Assembly (NCBI RefSeq): GCF_000981445.1
Contig: NC_027216.1
Coordinates: 1,798,001-1,862,000 of the forward strand
Source: Babesia bigemina
Taxonomy: Eukaryota
Direction of reading: 5' to 3'
DNA: 64,000 bases
Below, piece by piece: positions 24,112 through 36,389 of this stretch (positions within the stretch are counted from its first letter, which is position 1; every line of letters begins with the position of its first letter). The position numbers and the translations under genes were made by a program. A model generated the notes under the pieces. The model saw only the letters and a list, made by a program, of their open reading frames with translations. It did not search any database and had not been told where the DNA came from.

Positions 24112-24715
24112 TTTGATTTTGGCCAAAGTGTTACATAACAATACGTATCTGACATTAGTGGCTTCCAAAACCAAAAAACCTGTGGCTAATGTAATCATGC
24201 ACATAAAAATCGCAATTACATCACCGCCAAATGCACAGTGTGATAACATCGGGCATTCAAAGGTATGAAAGCAGTAATCTGCTGTTGTAGATACATTTCT
24301 GATCGTTCACTCTCGTGAGTTTTGCTGAGCATCGTTGGCTGCTGTGTGTTGGCGAAATCCTACAACGCCCCTATATCCGATGCGACACGGCGAAATGACG
24401 CAATGTAAACTGGATGGGGCCGCAAGATCACAGGAATGAAAGCTTGGAGACGCAGCAGAAACCTAGGCAAGCTCCTTGAAGGATTTTTACAGAGGGCTAA
24501 GATGAAAACGTGAAATCACGATAGAAGCCAAAAATTTAAAATCTAGTTTTTTGCGATATGAAAAATACGCTTCCATTAAGTGAAGCTACATTACGTCTTT
24601 AGACGTTAAAGAGACTTATCGAAAATGACCTCAGGAACTAGTAGAAAGGTAACTGGATATTCGGACTCAAAATCTATGGTTGGAACTACATATATAGCCA
24701 ACGCACAATATCTAC

Positions 24716-25477
24716 TCAATAGAAAGCCCAAAAGCCAGCGAGGTAGTATAATATGCGCAGAGTATCGTAATCCATAGAGAGCAATGCATTGCGAAGATTT
24801 ACACGACCCAGTGTATTGCGGTATTCCGACTCCTCGTAACCCACGGCATTTAGCATCGCTCGCGAACGATTATCTACCAAGGCCGTTCCGCAGCCAAAGG
24901 CTTGAGGATTAGTCGCATCCCACAAAGAAGTTAGGCCTGCCCATAACATAGGCGCAATCCCCACCAGGACCACTGCGCAAGCTTCCGGGTCCTTCGCACA
25001 TGATGCATCCCACGTTGCTTCTGAACTGTAAGCAGAAGTGTAGCTATCAGTGGTTTTTATATGATTCAGGAACCTATCACAACTATCCGCGACTTTACCT
25101 ACGCTCTTTAAAACAATTTCAGATCCGAGTTTCTTGGTCTGTAAAACGTTCTCATAATCGCTGTGCTCGAAATTCCTAAACATCTTTGCTAGTAAACAGG
25201 GCCTCTTTGCCATAGGCCTTTTGAATTTTTCGAACATACTTTGTACAAAGGACAGATTCATAAGCTTCGGAGTCGCCAGGAACTTTTTAGTAATAAGTTT
25301 AACCTTCTCGAGAGCTGGTACGTTCATCTTACCAACCGGCTTGTCTACTAGAAAGTCGTACACTGCGGCACCCATAGCGGCTATGTTCTTTTCAGCATCA
25401 TTTCCCTTCAGGGCTATCAACCAATCGATGCCCTCCTTGAGGTTGCAGGGAACATCCATCAAAGAATGGTACACCAT
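24716..25477 (-). CDS. Short VESA1-like multigene family protein (253 aa, intronless)
   Basis: MVYHSLMDVPCNLKEGIDWLIALKG...YTSAYSSEATWDASCAKDPEACAVVLVGIAPML...LAGFWAFY; paralogue of 370-1131. Confidence 0.8.
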   Translation of the reverse strand: MVYHSLMDVPCNLKEGIDWLIALKGNDAEKNIAAMGAAVYDFLVDKPVGKMNVPALEKVKLITKKFLATPKLMNLSFVQSMFEKFKRPMAKRPCLLAKMFRNFEHSDYENVLQTKKLGSEIVLKSVGKVADSCDRFLNHIKTTDSYTSAYSSEATWDASCAKDPEACAVVLVGIAPMLWAGLTSLWDATNPQAFGCGTALVDNRSRAMLNAVGYEESEYRNTLGRVNLRNALLSMDYDTLRILYYLAGFWAFY

Positions 25478-27060
25478 TTTGCGAATAGTAGATGAGTCAG
25501 GAGAATGCTAAAGGCGTGTTACGTTTTACCTTTCACGGGGGTATACGAAAACAAGGCATATACTCAACGAGTGGTGTGAAGAGCAGATATGTTTAAATGG
25601 TAGATAAGTATCAATGATGTTCGCTCCTATTATGTATGCGCCTCACATAGATCTACAAATGCGTATGTACAAATGTGCCTAGTTGTGGAGCACAATGGCA
25701 TCAAAGTTGCCATATCGCAGCCAGCTCCTTAACAATGACGTGGTATGCAGTGTCCACAACGCATGTCATTGGTGTATGCAGTTTTCAAATATATATTACT
25801 TATGCCCAATCTAGGGACTTTGTGACATTGGCAGAGACACATCAAAGTTTATAAGGGTACAATGGGTTGCACGTGCCTTAATAGCCTACGCCTTCCCGCG
25901 GTAATTACGCAGTACCGTACGAGCGTCACCGGGAATAACGTTCATGATCACACCACTTTGCTTCCTTTAGCCGACATCATAGTCGTCTATAAGACATATG
26001 CTCACTTTTATACCGCCCTAAAAAATGCACAATAGTGGCCCTACCAGCCGACCCTATGGTGCACTACCACAACAGGACTGCGCTAGTGACCTGCTACTTT
26101 GCCAATGTCACTCTGACTAGCCACATCAAGCTACATTAGCTGATTAGTTATTAATGGAGTTAATGTATGCAACAGCGGTGAAAGGTGACGCTGGGAACCA
26201 TGCTGCAGGTTCTAAACCCCTACCAATGGCATTTCTTACGCCAAGCACAGAATTTGTGGTTTTGTCTATATACGTAATTCCCAGAACGTAGATTAAATCG
26301 AAAAGCTGATGCGAATTCGTCTACCCTTGCAAAATGTGTTTCACTAATGGGATTATGCTCTCTCATTCTATAGTGTGCTGTGTGTCTACGTGTCTAGGGC
26401 CGGTTTTCGATTTCACGGGGCTACCGTTTCACGCTGAAACCAGTTGCGGGATCCACGTCCGTTTGTTGCCGATAGTCACTGGTGCCATCCACTCTATATT
26501 TGCGCCTTTGTCATCTACAAGCTCATACTTGGCTCCGTTAAACATCATTTGTCACATAAATTGCCACCTTGAACATTGCCCTCTAGGTGAATGCTCAGCA
26601 CTTCAAATCCTCCACCAGCCTCAATTATTCCATCCTCTTGGAAACAACCTATTTAACATATAAACCATAGATGGCTACACCGATTGCCACGGTTGCACTA
26701 CGGTATAGTGATGATTTTGCCGCCATGTTTTCTGCGATGATAGCCTTCGTTAGGCTCAGAAATGATGCCTCTTGGACCAATGTTTTGTGTCATAATGATC
26801 AAGAACATTTTAGCTAGCATGATAAAGTGCAATGATTACAACACCTTACTGGCTGATGTATTGGCTATTTCGATTGTCGCTACTTACGAAAATTCCTCTG
26901 TATCCTCACAGCTAGCTGCAGCTATGGGGTATCGGTGGCTTTTTTTTTAACAAAATTAATATGTTTAAAATATTTTTGTAATAGCACATAATCGTATGAT
27001 TTGTATTGGCTGGTGTCACGTTTTTGTTTGCAAGGATTTTATGATGCTAACTTCGAAACC

Positions 27061-29919
27061 ATGGCCCAAATTTTGAGAGCTGCGTCGGTAATTTGCGCAG
27101 TATGGTTTAATTGGATAGCCTTTGTCGACGCATTTGTTTGTGATTTCAGCCGTCCGTATGATTTGTTTAGAAAAAATGCCATCGTTACGTGTGACATGGA
27201 TGTCAGCGTATTAAGCTCTGCAACTGTGATCTGCCCACGCATAGTCAACTACACCGAATATGTTTGGCATCAACCGATAAAGTCTGATGAGAAAGGTCAA
27301 ATCAAGACGAATGTGGGTGGCAAAGATAAGTTTGGTTCTCTCCCAATTTCCGACTTGTTAGTGACAGAATCATTACGTGCCTTGCTTTGGATTGAATCAA
27401 AAGAGTTCCATACAGATTTGCATATTGAACTTGGCGATGATGACATATATGCTATTACTAAAAACCGTCTGGCTTTTATATGCGGACCTAAGGACTTGCT
27501 TTTGAGTGATGCATTGCTACGTCACCTCGACCGCCTCAACGGATTTCGTCTCATAGAAGAAATTCCTTGGACTGCAGCCACTCCATTGATACAAGAAATG
27601 TCGAAAATAGGAAAGGGTTTGGGTGTGTTTTTCTTGAATAGAAGAGACACGGCCCTTCCTTTTCAAGGTTGTGGGAGCCGTCCTTCACCTCTTTTTGCAC
27701 CGGACAACGTGGTTAGTGAGGATGAGTTTACTGGCACGCGTTCATGTGTAGCGGATCCTATGTCTAAATCACCTATCGGATTTCTATGCGAAGGCCGTAT
27801 CGAACCTAGTGATTGTTTTAGGTCACTCTTGGATGAAAACGGCAAAATCGTAATTGCTCCTCTACCACATTCATATAAGCATGTATATAATCGTGGAAAA
27901 TGGGTTGTAGCGAGATATTTTAATGACGTCGCATTACCCCGCTTCAACGGCGAGTGTCGATGCATAGATCCTGGGACTGGTCACGTGAAAGCAAGGATAG
28001 AGATCCGTTCGAAAAAAGAATACGTGTGTGACATAGCTAGCATGATCGAACAGCCAGATAAGAGTGTTGTCGATGGTCCTAGGTGTTCGGTGCTAATTCA
28101 TCCCGGTAGCACACTGACCATACGGTTCCCAACAGAGGGTTTGAATCCGGCATCTACCGACGAGAAACTTTCGAGTGCCCCGCGCTCGCAACTGCTATCG
28201 ATCAATGAATATGAAACTGAACTACTGCCGAAAGATTTGACGACGTTGCGACAACAGACGTATTATCATGACCCGGAGAGTTACAACGAAATATCCTACC
28301 ACGATGCCCTTGCTGATGATGTGCTTGAGTTGGACCGGTCCCAAATTGCCAAGGGCGAGATTAGACTGAATTACCATACGGACAGACCGCTCACATTACT
28401 AGGAGGGCACAATTCATTCTTCTTTCATTGGACATTGAAATCAAGGAACAAGCATGTTCCGGATAAGATAAGCGCAACCATCAATGTCTCTTTCGCGTTA
28501 ACCCATCGCTACAGTACAGCTGGTTGTGATGAGGGGGAACCCAGCGTATTTGATCCAAAGATAAGCTACAATCATTGCTCAGTGAAATATATGAGGAATG
28601 GAATTGGGAGTGTTTATGAATGCCTTTACAACACCAACTTGGATCGTATTCAGGTTGGGATTCGTTGCAGGCCAAACGAGGAATTGTTGCCAAATAATTG
28701 CGATAACACAGCTTACGACCTCTACTATGATCGTATTATGCAACTCCCCCAATATGCGCGTAATGTGACGCCTACTCCTATTCCAGGATTTCGGGTGTTC
28801 GAAATAAAGTCCGATACGCGGAGTGACGTTTATGCTTGTATATGTGCCGACGAACATGGTTACGAAAAATCCAGACTTGTTGTAGAACGTAATAAAGAAT
28901 CTTTTCATCACTCCAATGTGCGTGAAGCAGCCACGTCTGGCTCATTACAACCCTACGTGTTGTTACCTTGGACCGAGACAGGGTTATCTAGTAAAGAAAC
29001 AACCTCAAAACTATCGCTTATCCTACACAACATAACTAAAGAAACAGTTGTATTAGCCTTGGGCACAACTCTGATCATTCGTTGTGGAGTAAGTCCGGAG
29101 CTCCGGCACCTTGAATACAGCGGAAAAATAACAACGACATTGCTACCAAATGACCCCGAACTGTTCTATTATACTGTCAACAATATTTCAAGTACACCTG
29201 AGCTTGCACTTAGAACTTACGAAGAGTCATTTGGTACTACATCAGGAGGATTTACCATCACTTACGAAGAGCATTCAGCGACATATCAAGAATTGACGAT
29301 AAAATCGCGTAGAGGTGCTATTCTGATATCTAAAGATCCCATCCACAAGAATTATGTGCCGATGACGTTTGTCTGCGCTAAGAGACCAGAACCTTCCGAT
29401 TTGTACATAGTCATACGGGATGATCATGGATCGTATACGCGTACACCGTACCTTCTACGTCCCATAGAAGCAACGAAACAATACGCACCGACCCAAGTTC
29501 AACTTTTCGTCGAGACCACAGACCCGTACATGCAAGGCTGCGGTGTCGCTTACGAATCGGATGATCTCTTCAAGCCGGAGACACCCCTAATCTACGATTC
29601 TATTGGACAAGACGTCGGTTGCAAGATAGACCTTCCATCTGCTAAAGAAGCGGCATTCTACTGCCCAGCACCGTACGTCCTGGACCCACCCAACTGCTTC
29701 TACCAGGTTTACGTGCACGGTGAAGAGAAGGACCTTAGCGAAATAAGCAACTCGTTGGTAGCATCGCACAGTAATCACTTTGTCACACTGAAGTTCAAGA
29801 GCAAACTGGTAGAACTGGGAGGAAAACGGCGCAAGACCCCGCCGTTGGAGTGCCGCTGCGTCACCGTCAAGGGTGTCGTCCTGTCTACCATCCAGATCGA
29901 GAACTACTACGCCAAGTAA
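27061..29919 (+). CDS. Secreted multi-domain Cys-rich protein, 6-Cys (s48/45)-like
   Basis: Signal peptide MAQILRAASVICAVWFNWIAFVDAFVCDF. Repeated modules GC-x-C-x-(GF/AF)xC-x-PxxCF-x-CxC (e.g. MQGCG..CKIDL..AFYCP..PPNCFYQVY..ECRCV). Intronless; no GPI tail. Confidence 0.75.
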   Translation: MAQILRAASVICAVWFNWIAFVDAFVCDFSRPYDLFRKNAIVTCDMDVSVLSSATVICPRIVNYTEYVWHQPIKSDEKGQIKTNVGGKDKFGSLPISDLLVTESLRALLWIESKEFHTDLHIELGDDDIYAITKNRLAFICGPKDLLLSDALLRHLDRLNGFRLIEEIPWTAATPLIQEMSKIGKGLGVFFLNRRDTALPFQGCGSRPSPLFAPDNVVSEDEFTGTRSCVADPMSKSPIGFLCEGRIEPSDCFRSLLDENGKIVIAPLPHSYKHVYNRGKWVVARYFNDVALPRFNGECRCIDPGTGHVKARIEIRSKKEYVCDIASMIEQPDKSVVDGPRCSVLIHPGSTLTIRFPTEGLNPASTDEKLSSAPRSQLLSINEYETELLPKDLTTLRQQTYYHDPESYNEISYHDALADDVLELDRSQIAKGEIRLNYHTDRPLTLLGGHNSFFFHWTLKSRNKHVPDKISATINVSFALTHRYSTAGCDEGEPSVFDPKISYNHCSVKYMRNGIGSVYECLYNTNLDRIQVGIRCRPNEELLPNNCDNTAYDLYYDRIMQLPQYARNVTPTPIPGFRVFEIKSDTRSDVYACICADEHGYEKSRLVVERNKESFHHSNVREAATSGSLQPYVLLPWTETGLSSKETTSKLSLILHNITKETVVLALGTTLIIRCGVSPELRHLEYSGKITTTLLPNDPELFYYTVNNISSTPELALRTYEESFGTTSGGFTITYEEHSATYQELTIKSRRGAILISKDPIHKNYVPMTFVCAKRPEPSDLYIVIRDDHGSYTRTPYLLRPIEATKQYAPTQVQLFVETTDPYMQGCGVAYESDDLFKPETPLIYDSIGQDVGCKIDLPSAKEAAFYCPAPYVLDPPNCFYQVYVHGEEKDLSEISNSLVASHSNHFVTLKFKSKLVELGGKRRKTPPLECRCVTVKGVVLSTIQIENYYAK

Positions 29920-30557
29920 TGCGTGGCTCAGATTTGGTAACCCATTTGGCAATTAGCCACTTTAATTGTCATAGTTCGTGTTACTCGATATTTTGGTTCG
30001 TATTCAGTGGCAGCATCCATTGCGGCTAGAATCTCACAATCTCTGTGATCAATTCATAGCCGTATTATTCAGTCACTGAGTCTGTGTAAAACAACCATAA
30101 GAGGTAATGAATGCACATATTAGCGTGCTGTTTAGCTACACGTCACCATTCCTTCTATATCGCTGCAATAAGGAAGATGTCGTCGCAACGTTTCCTCCGC
30201 AGCTCATTGCTTAAAATGTGGTTAATGTGCTATATACACAACAATAGACCATATTACCAATAATATACGTGCAAAACTTGATTCCACTAATGTTGGTGAG
30301 CAGGTATGGCGTCAGCGGTTGGGGACGTACAACATCTGGGAAGCCAAGCTCGGATTATTCAATCCACTTCTCCTACCTTTATAATGCACCACATACCATG
30401 TTGTGCAGTGTTAGAACAAGTCACTTCGGCAATTGTGAAATGTTTATTTCGGGGTCAGCATAGCACACGCCAATCACGAACTTGAAAAAGCACAACAAAG
30501 CTCATGATGTTTAAAAGGAGTTTACAGTTGTTGAATAATTTACGATTTGTGAGAGAA

Positions 30558-31532
30558 TCATTCTGCGAAGGCGTTAATTCTACGCATGCCATTGGCCTCA
30601 TTTTGTATATTGCGTGGCAACACCCTTACGATTTGCTCAAACGCCTGCAATTTGATGTATAACCGCGGACAAGCATACCTCAAAGAGTCCTTCATCCGAC
30701 TCCTTCCTGGCCCTCGTGGCAAGCTCCATGGCCGTCTTGAGCGTATTTATTTCTTCCATGATTTGTGGAGACATGGGACCGACATCTGAGGCAATCCGCC
30801 TGACATTCCATAAGCAGCTCTGCCAGGATGAAACCCACTCCGATAGGCGCATCATTTCGACACGCAGTTCCTTTATACTCTCGTTACCCAAGAATACAAT
30901 GTCGTTTAGACGCGATTTAATCGCGTACTCCATGTGCATGAGCTTGTTCACTAAGGATGTGTCCTTTTCAACCTTGATGGCAATATCATTCTTGATGTTC
31001 CGATGCAGTTCGTTAAGGTCATTTTGTAGCATTTTGAAATCAAACTACAAACATATAAGATTTACTCCACTTCCCACTCACAGACTGATTTATTCGTTGT
31101 GACAGATCGTTAACTGCACCCTCAACAGATGCACAACGAGCAACTAAGGCGTCCAGACGTTCCTGACAGTGATGCAACTTCACAAGCACATGCTAACTTA
31201 CAGCAATTGAGTTCACCCTGCGTGTAAGCTTTGTTTGGAGGTCATTGAGCATCCTATTTGCCGCCTCAAATGTTGTCTTCTGCAGAAGCTCTTTGGCATC
31301 TAGCCTCTCCTGAACTTCAAGCCTGAGTTCAGCGCTAAGTCGCGTGATCTGCTGGGTGATATGCTGTATTGTGTGTCATTCCTTTCATTCATAACAATAC
31401 CTTAAACTTCTGATCCTCTTCGGCCTTGCGCCTCTCACCCTCCTTCGCCACGGCGAGTTCAAAGGCCTTCAATTGGCTGTGGAACGCTGAAAGAGGCTTC
31501 CCATCGGCGATTTGTACTACATTATCCTCCAT
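30558..31532 (-). CDS. SF-assemblin/beta-giardin-like coiled-coil protein, multi-exon (3' end uncertain)
   Basis: LKAFELAVAKEGERRKAEEDQKFK|HITQQITRLSAELRLEVQERLDAKELLQK...MEEINTLKTAMELATRARKESDEGLFE. Confidence 0.7.
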
Positions 31533-32425
31533 CGTCGAGATGTGTGCCCCTCTGGTAGCGCAAAAGTGAAGGACAGCATAGCTGTAATCCACACCTAGGG
31601 TGTACACGCAGGGCGTTGGAATAGCCCTAATTAAACACACATCCGGAGAACTCTAATTGCGATGTTAACTATGCCTGGACTTCCAACACGATAAGACGTC
31701 AGGACAAGGACACTGTCTTGCAAGGTGTAGGGTCAAGGTTAGGCACTAAAATTCCACGATTATGCAAAAAGCTATCACACACTGACTGGTTGTCGCTATT
31801 TTAGTGCGGAGTTACACATAGAATCACTATATTGTGCCTGTCACGTTTAGACGGACACACACGGCTCGGAGTGACCGCTTTATGACAAACAGGCCATATA
31901 GCATGATTTCTCGCAACTATACCCCTTTGCTATCTTCCATTAAAATCATAAGGCGCCCATATTGATGTGGCTACGTTCGCTTAAGTGTGGACTCCTGCGC
32001 CGCTAATCGCTAATAGAGCAATGTTTTGCATTTGACGCGCCGAAAAACACAAGCAAAGCTACATCTATAAATACAACAACCTCACACAGGCGTACAAAGC
32101 TGTATGCTTCTAACTTAAGGTGAGCACGACACCGGCCTTCTCGTGCCTCTGTTGAGCAGAGCCGGTAGGTCGCCTACGGTTGCTGCCACCCTCATTGCAA
32201 CGCCTAAACATCCCAGGGTAATGTCTGGGTAGAAGGTCTACTGTGTGAGTGCAAATGGACCAAGCCACCACCTATCTACGCCGCCGGCAGATTCCCCCAC
32301 GCGCGGTTTGCACAACGAGGGGAACCGAGCATCCGGGCCCAGACGGGGCTGATTAACACAAGAAAAACTCAGTTTAATTTCAGAAACACTGAGCAACTCT
32401 ATCGTATTTGTATAAGGGACTCAGG

Positions 32426-32569
32426 GTAAGTTTTCGGTGTCGTTACCGCGATGTATTGTCGAGCCACCCCGGCGAATGGGCTGTGTTGGCGTACGGGGGC
32501 TTCGGAATCGTGACTCTGTGTATCACTGTAAAATAATTTTGCGACTAATTGTTATACACTCTTTTTCAG
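32426..32569 (+). other. Probable 5'-UTR intron of RPL14
   Basis: gtaagt donor at 32426; ctaat branch-like motif and tttttcag acceptor 9 nt before the ATG. Confidence 0.6.
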
Positions 32570-32577
32570 GAAGCAAA

Positions 32578-33056
32578 ATGCCGCTTTTCACGAAGTTTGT
32601 AGAGCCCGGCCGCCTGTGCCTCATCACTTACGGCCCTGACGCCGGCAAGGTGAGTTAACGTCGTTGTGTTTAGTATAATGAGCTTCAGTTGTGCTTTATC
32701 GTCGACGTTGTCACCAACACCAGGGTTTTGGTGGACGGCGCCAAGGTCACTGGGTATGTTTGCGTCACCGTGGTGTTTCACTCCTTGCCAGCGTCGAGCG
32801 TCAACAGATGCCCATTACGTGGATCAAGTTGACCGACACCAAAATTACTCTCTGCCGTGGTGCCAAGACCGGAGCTCTGGCCAAGGCTATTGAAAGCCAG
32901 GACGCCATCAACGCGTTCAAGCAGACCCCTCTGGGCAAGCGCCTTGAGTTTGCCGAAAGGAGGAAGAACCTCAATGACTTCGAGAGGTTCAAGCTCATGA
33001 TTGCTCACAAGGAGAGGAGGAGGTTGATCAAGAAGAGCACCGCTGCTCGCGCCTAA
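32578..33056 (+). CDS. RPL14: 60S ribosomal protein eL14, 3 coding exons
   Basis: [41 protein letters not shown]..|VERQQMP...[10 protein letters not shown]. Confidence 0.96.
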
Positions 33057-33152
33057 GGTGCTTCGCCATCTCCCCGCGCAACATTGAGGCCCTAATGCAT
33101 CAGTTCAAACAAATTGTGTGCGATATTATGCGTATTGTGTGTGTTTATCGTG

Positions 33153-34823
33153 TCATATTTCGTCGACTTCTCCGAATATCCGGAGGGGTTCGCCCATTAC
33201 ATCGCCGGCAGTTTTCTCCAGCTTTGCCTTGGTGCTCCTGACCGTCTCCCTGGCCGCCTCAAGTTCGGCAGCTAGTTTTTGGAGCTGCACGTGAATTTTG
33301 ACGGCCCTATATGATGACTTACTGCGTCGCTAGTGGTTTCGATTCGCTTCTCTAATGACACCTGCTGCTCGATTTCGTTGCAGCAGCGGTTGAAGATATC
33401 CAGTTCGACTTGTGCGAGCCTGCAGAAAGGATATTTGTAATGCGAAACCATCTCACTTTTCCAGTTCGTTTCTGTTTTTGAGGAGACTGAGCGCCTTCAT
33501 GGCTTCCGTACCGCTGAGCAGTTCCACCGCCTCGTCCAGTGTTTTTACATACGTCTCGTACTACGCATGAGCAGTCAAAGATACCGACAAACCTTTGAAA
33601 CCGGTGTTTGTACGCACGCGTTGATCTTCTCACCGGCCTGGCTGAAGAGGTAGTTGGCCGAATCGGACCTATTTTGCATTTCATCGATTCTGACTTTGAC
33701 GAAGGTTCGCAGCTCCAGAACCTCCCCCATTGCTAGCTGTCTAAAGGCAGGGTTTCCTAGGTTCGTCTCAAAAATTTGCCGTCTCTTTCCTTCGTCAAGG
33801 GGTATCTGATCGTTGTCCTTTACCAGTTGAATGACACAGTCGCTTGAAGCGTCCTCGCTTTGCTCTGGTTTTTCGACAGCATCGCCTACGATTATTCCAG
33901 AAATTCTGCAATCAACGCACCTTTGGATTCGTCAGAGGTCACGACGGTCATCCCTGATTCCGCAGCCTGCCTAACGTTCGCCATGGTATCCCCTGCGGCA
34001 TAGAGGCCATCCATGCCGTGTAACCTGATGAAGGACACAAACACGGGCAATATTTCGGACACGATGTGCTGAGTCAGCTCCACCGTTCTCCTGTAATTCT
34101 CGATCGTGGCATCGGCATTTTTGTTCACAATAGCCTCAACGAGCTTGACCTTGAGGTGGACTTTGAAATCCTTGTTGAAGGGGAACTCCTCGATGTTAAT
34201 ACCGTACGCCTTAAGCCGATTTCTAAGTTCCGCTGTGCCGCTATTCAACTTCCGCGTCGAATCTGCCTTCCGGTTTTTGTAATCGAGGAGCTGCGGAGAG
34301 TGTAAACATTGACACGTTGAAAGTACCTCTCTGTTCACGGTCTCGATTGACTTTTTTATCGACGGCACATTGTAGGTTACGTGCTTCTGTAGAAGCTGGC
34401 AGTATGACACGATCTGGAGGTTGTGTTTCTGGAAGTTGCGCAGTATCTTGTCTGCCTCGTACAGGGGCTCGAATGTATATTGTCCGAGAAAGTTAACCTT
34501 CTCAGCGTCCTCAACCTGCTCGGAATGTTAACCACTCTTCGTCGCAGCCACCTACCTCTTTCAACTTTTCGGTGATTTCCGTTAGTACCTCGTACCACTC
34601 TGTGTACTCAGATTGGACGTGCTTTCGCAGCTGCTTGACATTTTCCGGCAGATTCGAGTGCTTGTTGAAGAACTCTTTGCACATATCCTCCAACGCTGCG
34701 GAAGTGTTAACATGCCGCCGTCCGTTGCCTACCTAGCAGCCTTTTGTGGCAGTCATCCGGTGTCTTTCTGCGGGCCATGACCCAGTTTATCACCTGGGTA
34801 TACGGCAGTTCCACTGGCGACAT
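33153..34823 (-). CDS. CDK5RAP3: CDK5RAP3/C53 family protein, multi-exon
   Basis: ELPYTQVINWVMARRK, KVNFLGQYT, NLQIVSYCQLLQKHVTYNVPSIKKSI, KAYGIN, FRQLAMGEVLELRTFVKVR and C-terminal LEKTAGDVMGEPLRIFGEV parallel recalled human CDK5RAP3 blocks (KLLDWLVDRRH, NIFGRYS, VNYEIPSLKKQI, KQYGI, RNQFLDELMELEIFL, GRPVNLMG). Confidence 0.82.
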
Positions 34824-34970
34824 TTTGGCTGCTTTGGAGGCACACGTCTTTGTTGCTGGAAGTGCGATACAATACACATTCCGGAGTGGCACGAGCGTCG
34901 GCGGCTGTTGCCGCAGTAACTGAGCTCCCGAAGGAAAGGTGTACGATATTCAGTATGCTGTTAAAAACAT

Positions 34971-36045
34971 TTACTGTGTCCTAAATACGGCCGATCTGAT
35001 GTGTGAGGGTATGAGCAGAAGGCACGTTGCAGCGGCGATCAGCACGCACACCCAGTAGATGCCCTGAAAAGCATATAGAATGGAAGTTGTTTAATCCACC
35101 CACCTGTCCGCCTCTGGCTTTGAGAGCAAGCGCCATATCCTCCTTGCCCTTGTCTATCTGTTCTGCGGAGAGCAGTATCTGCTGTTCGAGGTTGTATATG
35201 TTTTCCCCGCGCTTCTTAATCGTCATGTTAAGCTCCGTGAACAGCTGGTTGAGGTCCTTGGCATTCTTTTCGAGCGTCATGATGTCCTTCGACTTTGACT
35301 TCAGCTCGTCAATCAGCGCCTCTTCGTTGCATTCCGGGAGCGATTGCGCGACGGTGACTGCGGCCGGTGCGCTGTTCGCGACTGCTGCAGCCTGCGATGC
35401 GTCATCAATGCTCTTGGCTGCCGCAGTGTACTCCTTTATCACCGACTGATATGTTTCCATAAGCGTTTTAAGCCTGTTAACCGAAGCGTCATGCATGTTG
35501 AACCTTGCCCTGAGATCCGCATACGAGAATCCCAACTTCTCTCGATGCGACATAGCGTCGTGGTTGTCGCGATTTATCGTGTTCACATGCTGCTGTATCA
35601 CTCGAACTTTGTTGGCGCACTTGACCGAGAATGAGTTGAAGCGTTTGTGGAGCTCTGACCAGCCGTGTAACTCAGCGCACGACCACCTACCTTCCAGGTT
35701 AGTGTTGCCCTTCCGGTTCCTTATGTAGTACTTGAACAGCGCCAGGGTCTGTATGATCTTGGAGAACTCGTCTATTGCGCTGTTGAGTTGAGAAATCTCG
35801 GCGATGTACTCCTGCATACTCTTCTTGCCCTGCACGCATTCAGACCTGAGCCTACATTGACCTACATCCAATGGCGCAGTAGCATCCGGCGAACTGTCTC
35901 CATCTTCGCTGAGACCCGTGGAAGTGCTGGCCATGTGGAGCGCCCCCGTGCTGCGAGTGTTGCCTTGTACGTCGGAAGACTTTTTCTCATACACGGGCAT
36001 CGGATCCACCTCAATAAGCCAGCCACTCTCGCCTTCGTACGACAT
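34971..36045 (-). CDS. Syntaxin (Qa-SNARE), 2 exons
   Basis: Helical Habc-like region, SNARE motif DIMTLEKNAKDLNQLFTELNMTIKKRGENIYNLE, and a spliced C-terminal TM GIYWVCVLIAAATCLLLIP. Confidence 0.85.
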
Positions 36046-36389
36046 TTTGGCGCAGTTCCACGAACACCAGTCGGTAAATTCGTGTCGTTGCGGGTCCCTG
36101 TTCTCCTGGCCCGGGGCTGAAAGCGACGCCACTGCGTGATTCCACACGGAAGACACACGCTTTACGTTGCCTATATCATGTGCAATTGTCTACTGCTGTA
36201 TTCCGGTGCACGCGAGTTCCATTAAGCCGGGTCGAATGCGCGATTCCACAGCTGCGACGTCGCAAGCATCCGGGAAGGATTCGCGCTACATCCGTGGCCT
36301 GACGGCTACGTACACTAAGTTTCCCATGTATCTTTATCGTCTAATTGCGGGAAAGAATTCACGTGTTACGCGTGCCCCCGGTCGTCTCT

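Noticed and set aside
32120..32240. Short hairpins upstream of RPL14 (ACCGGC..GCCGGT, CCCAG..CTGGG)
   Set aside because: Stems are short in GC-rich promoter DNA and no RNA family motif was recognised.
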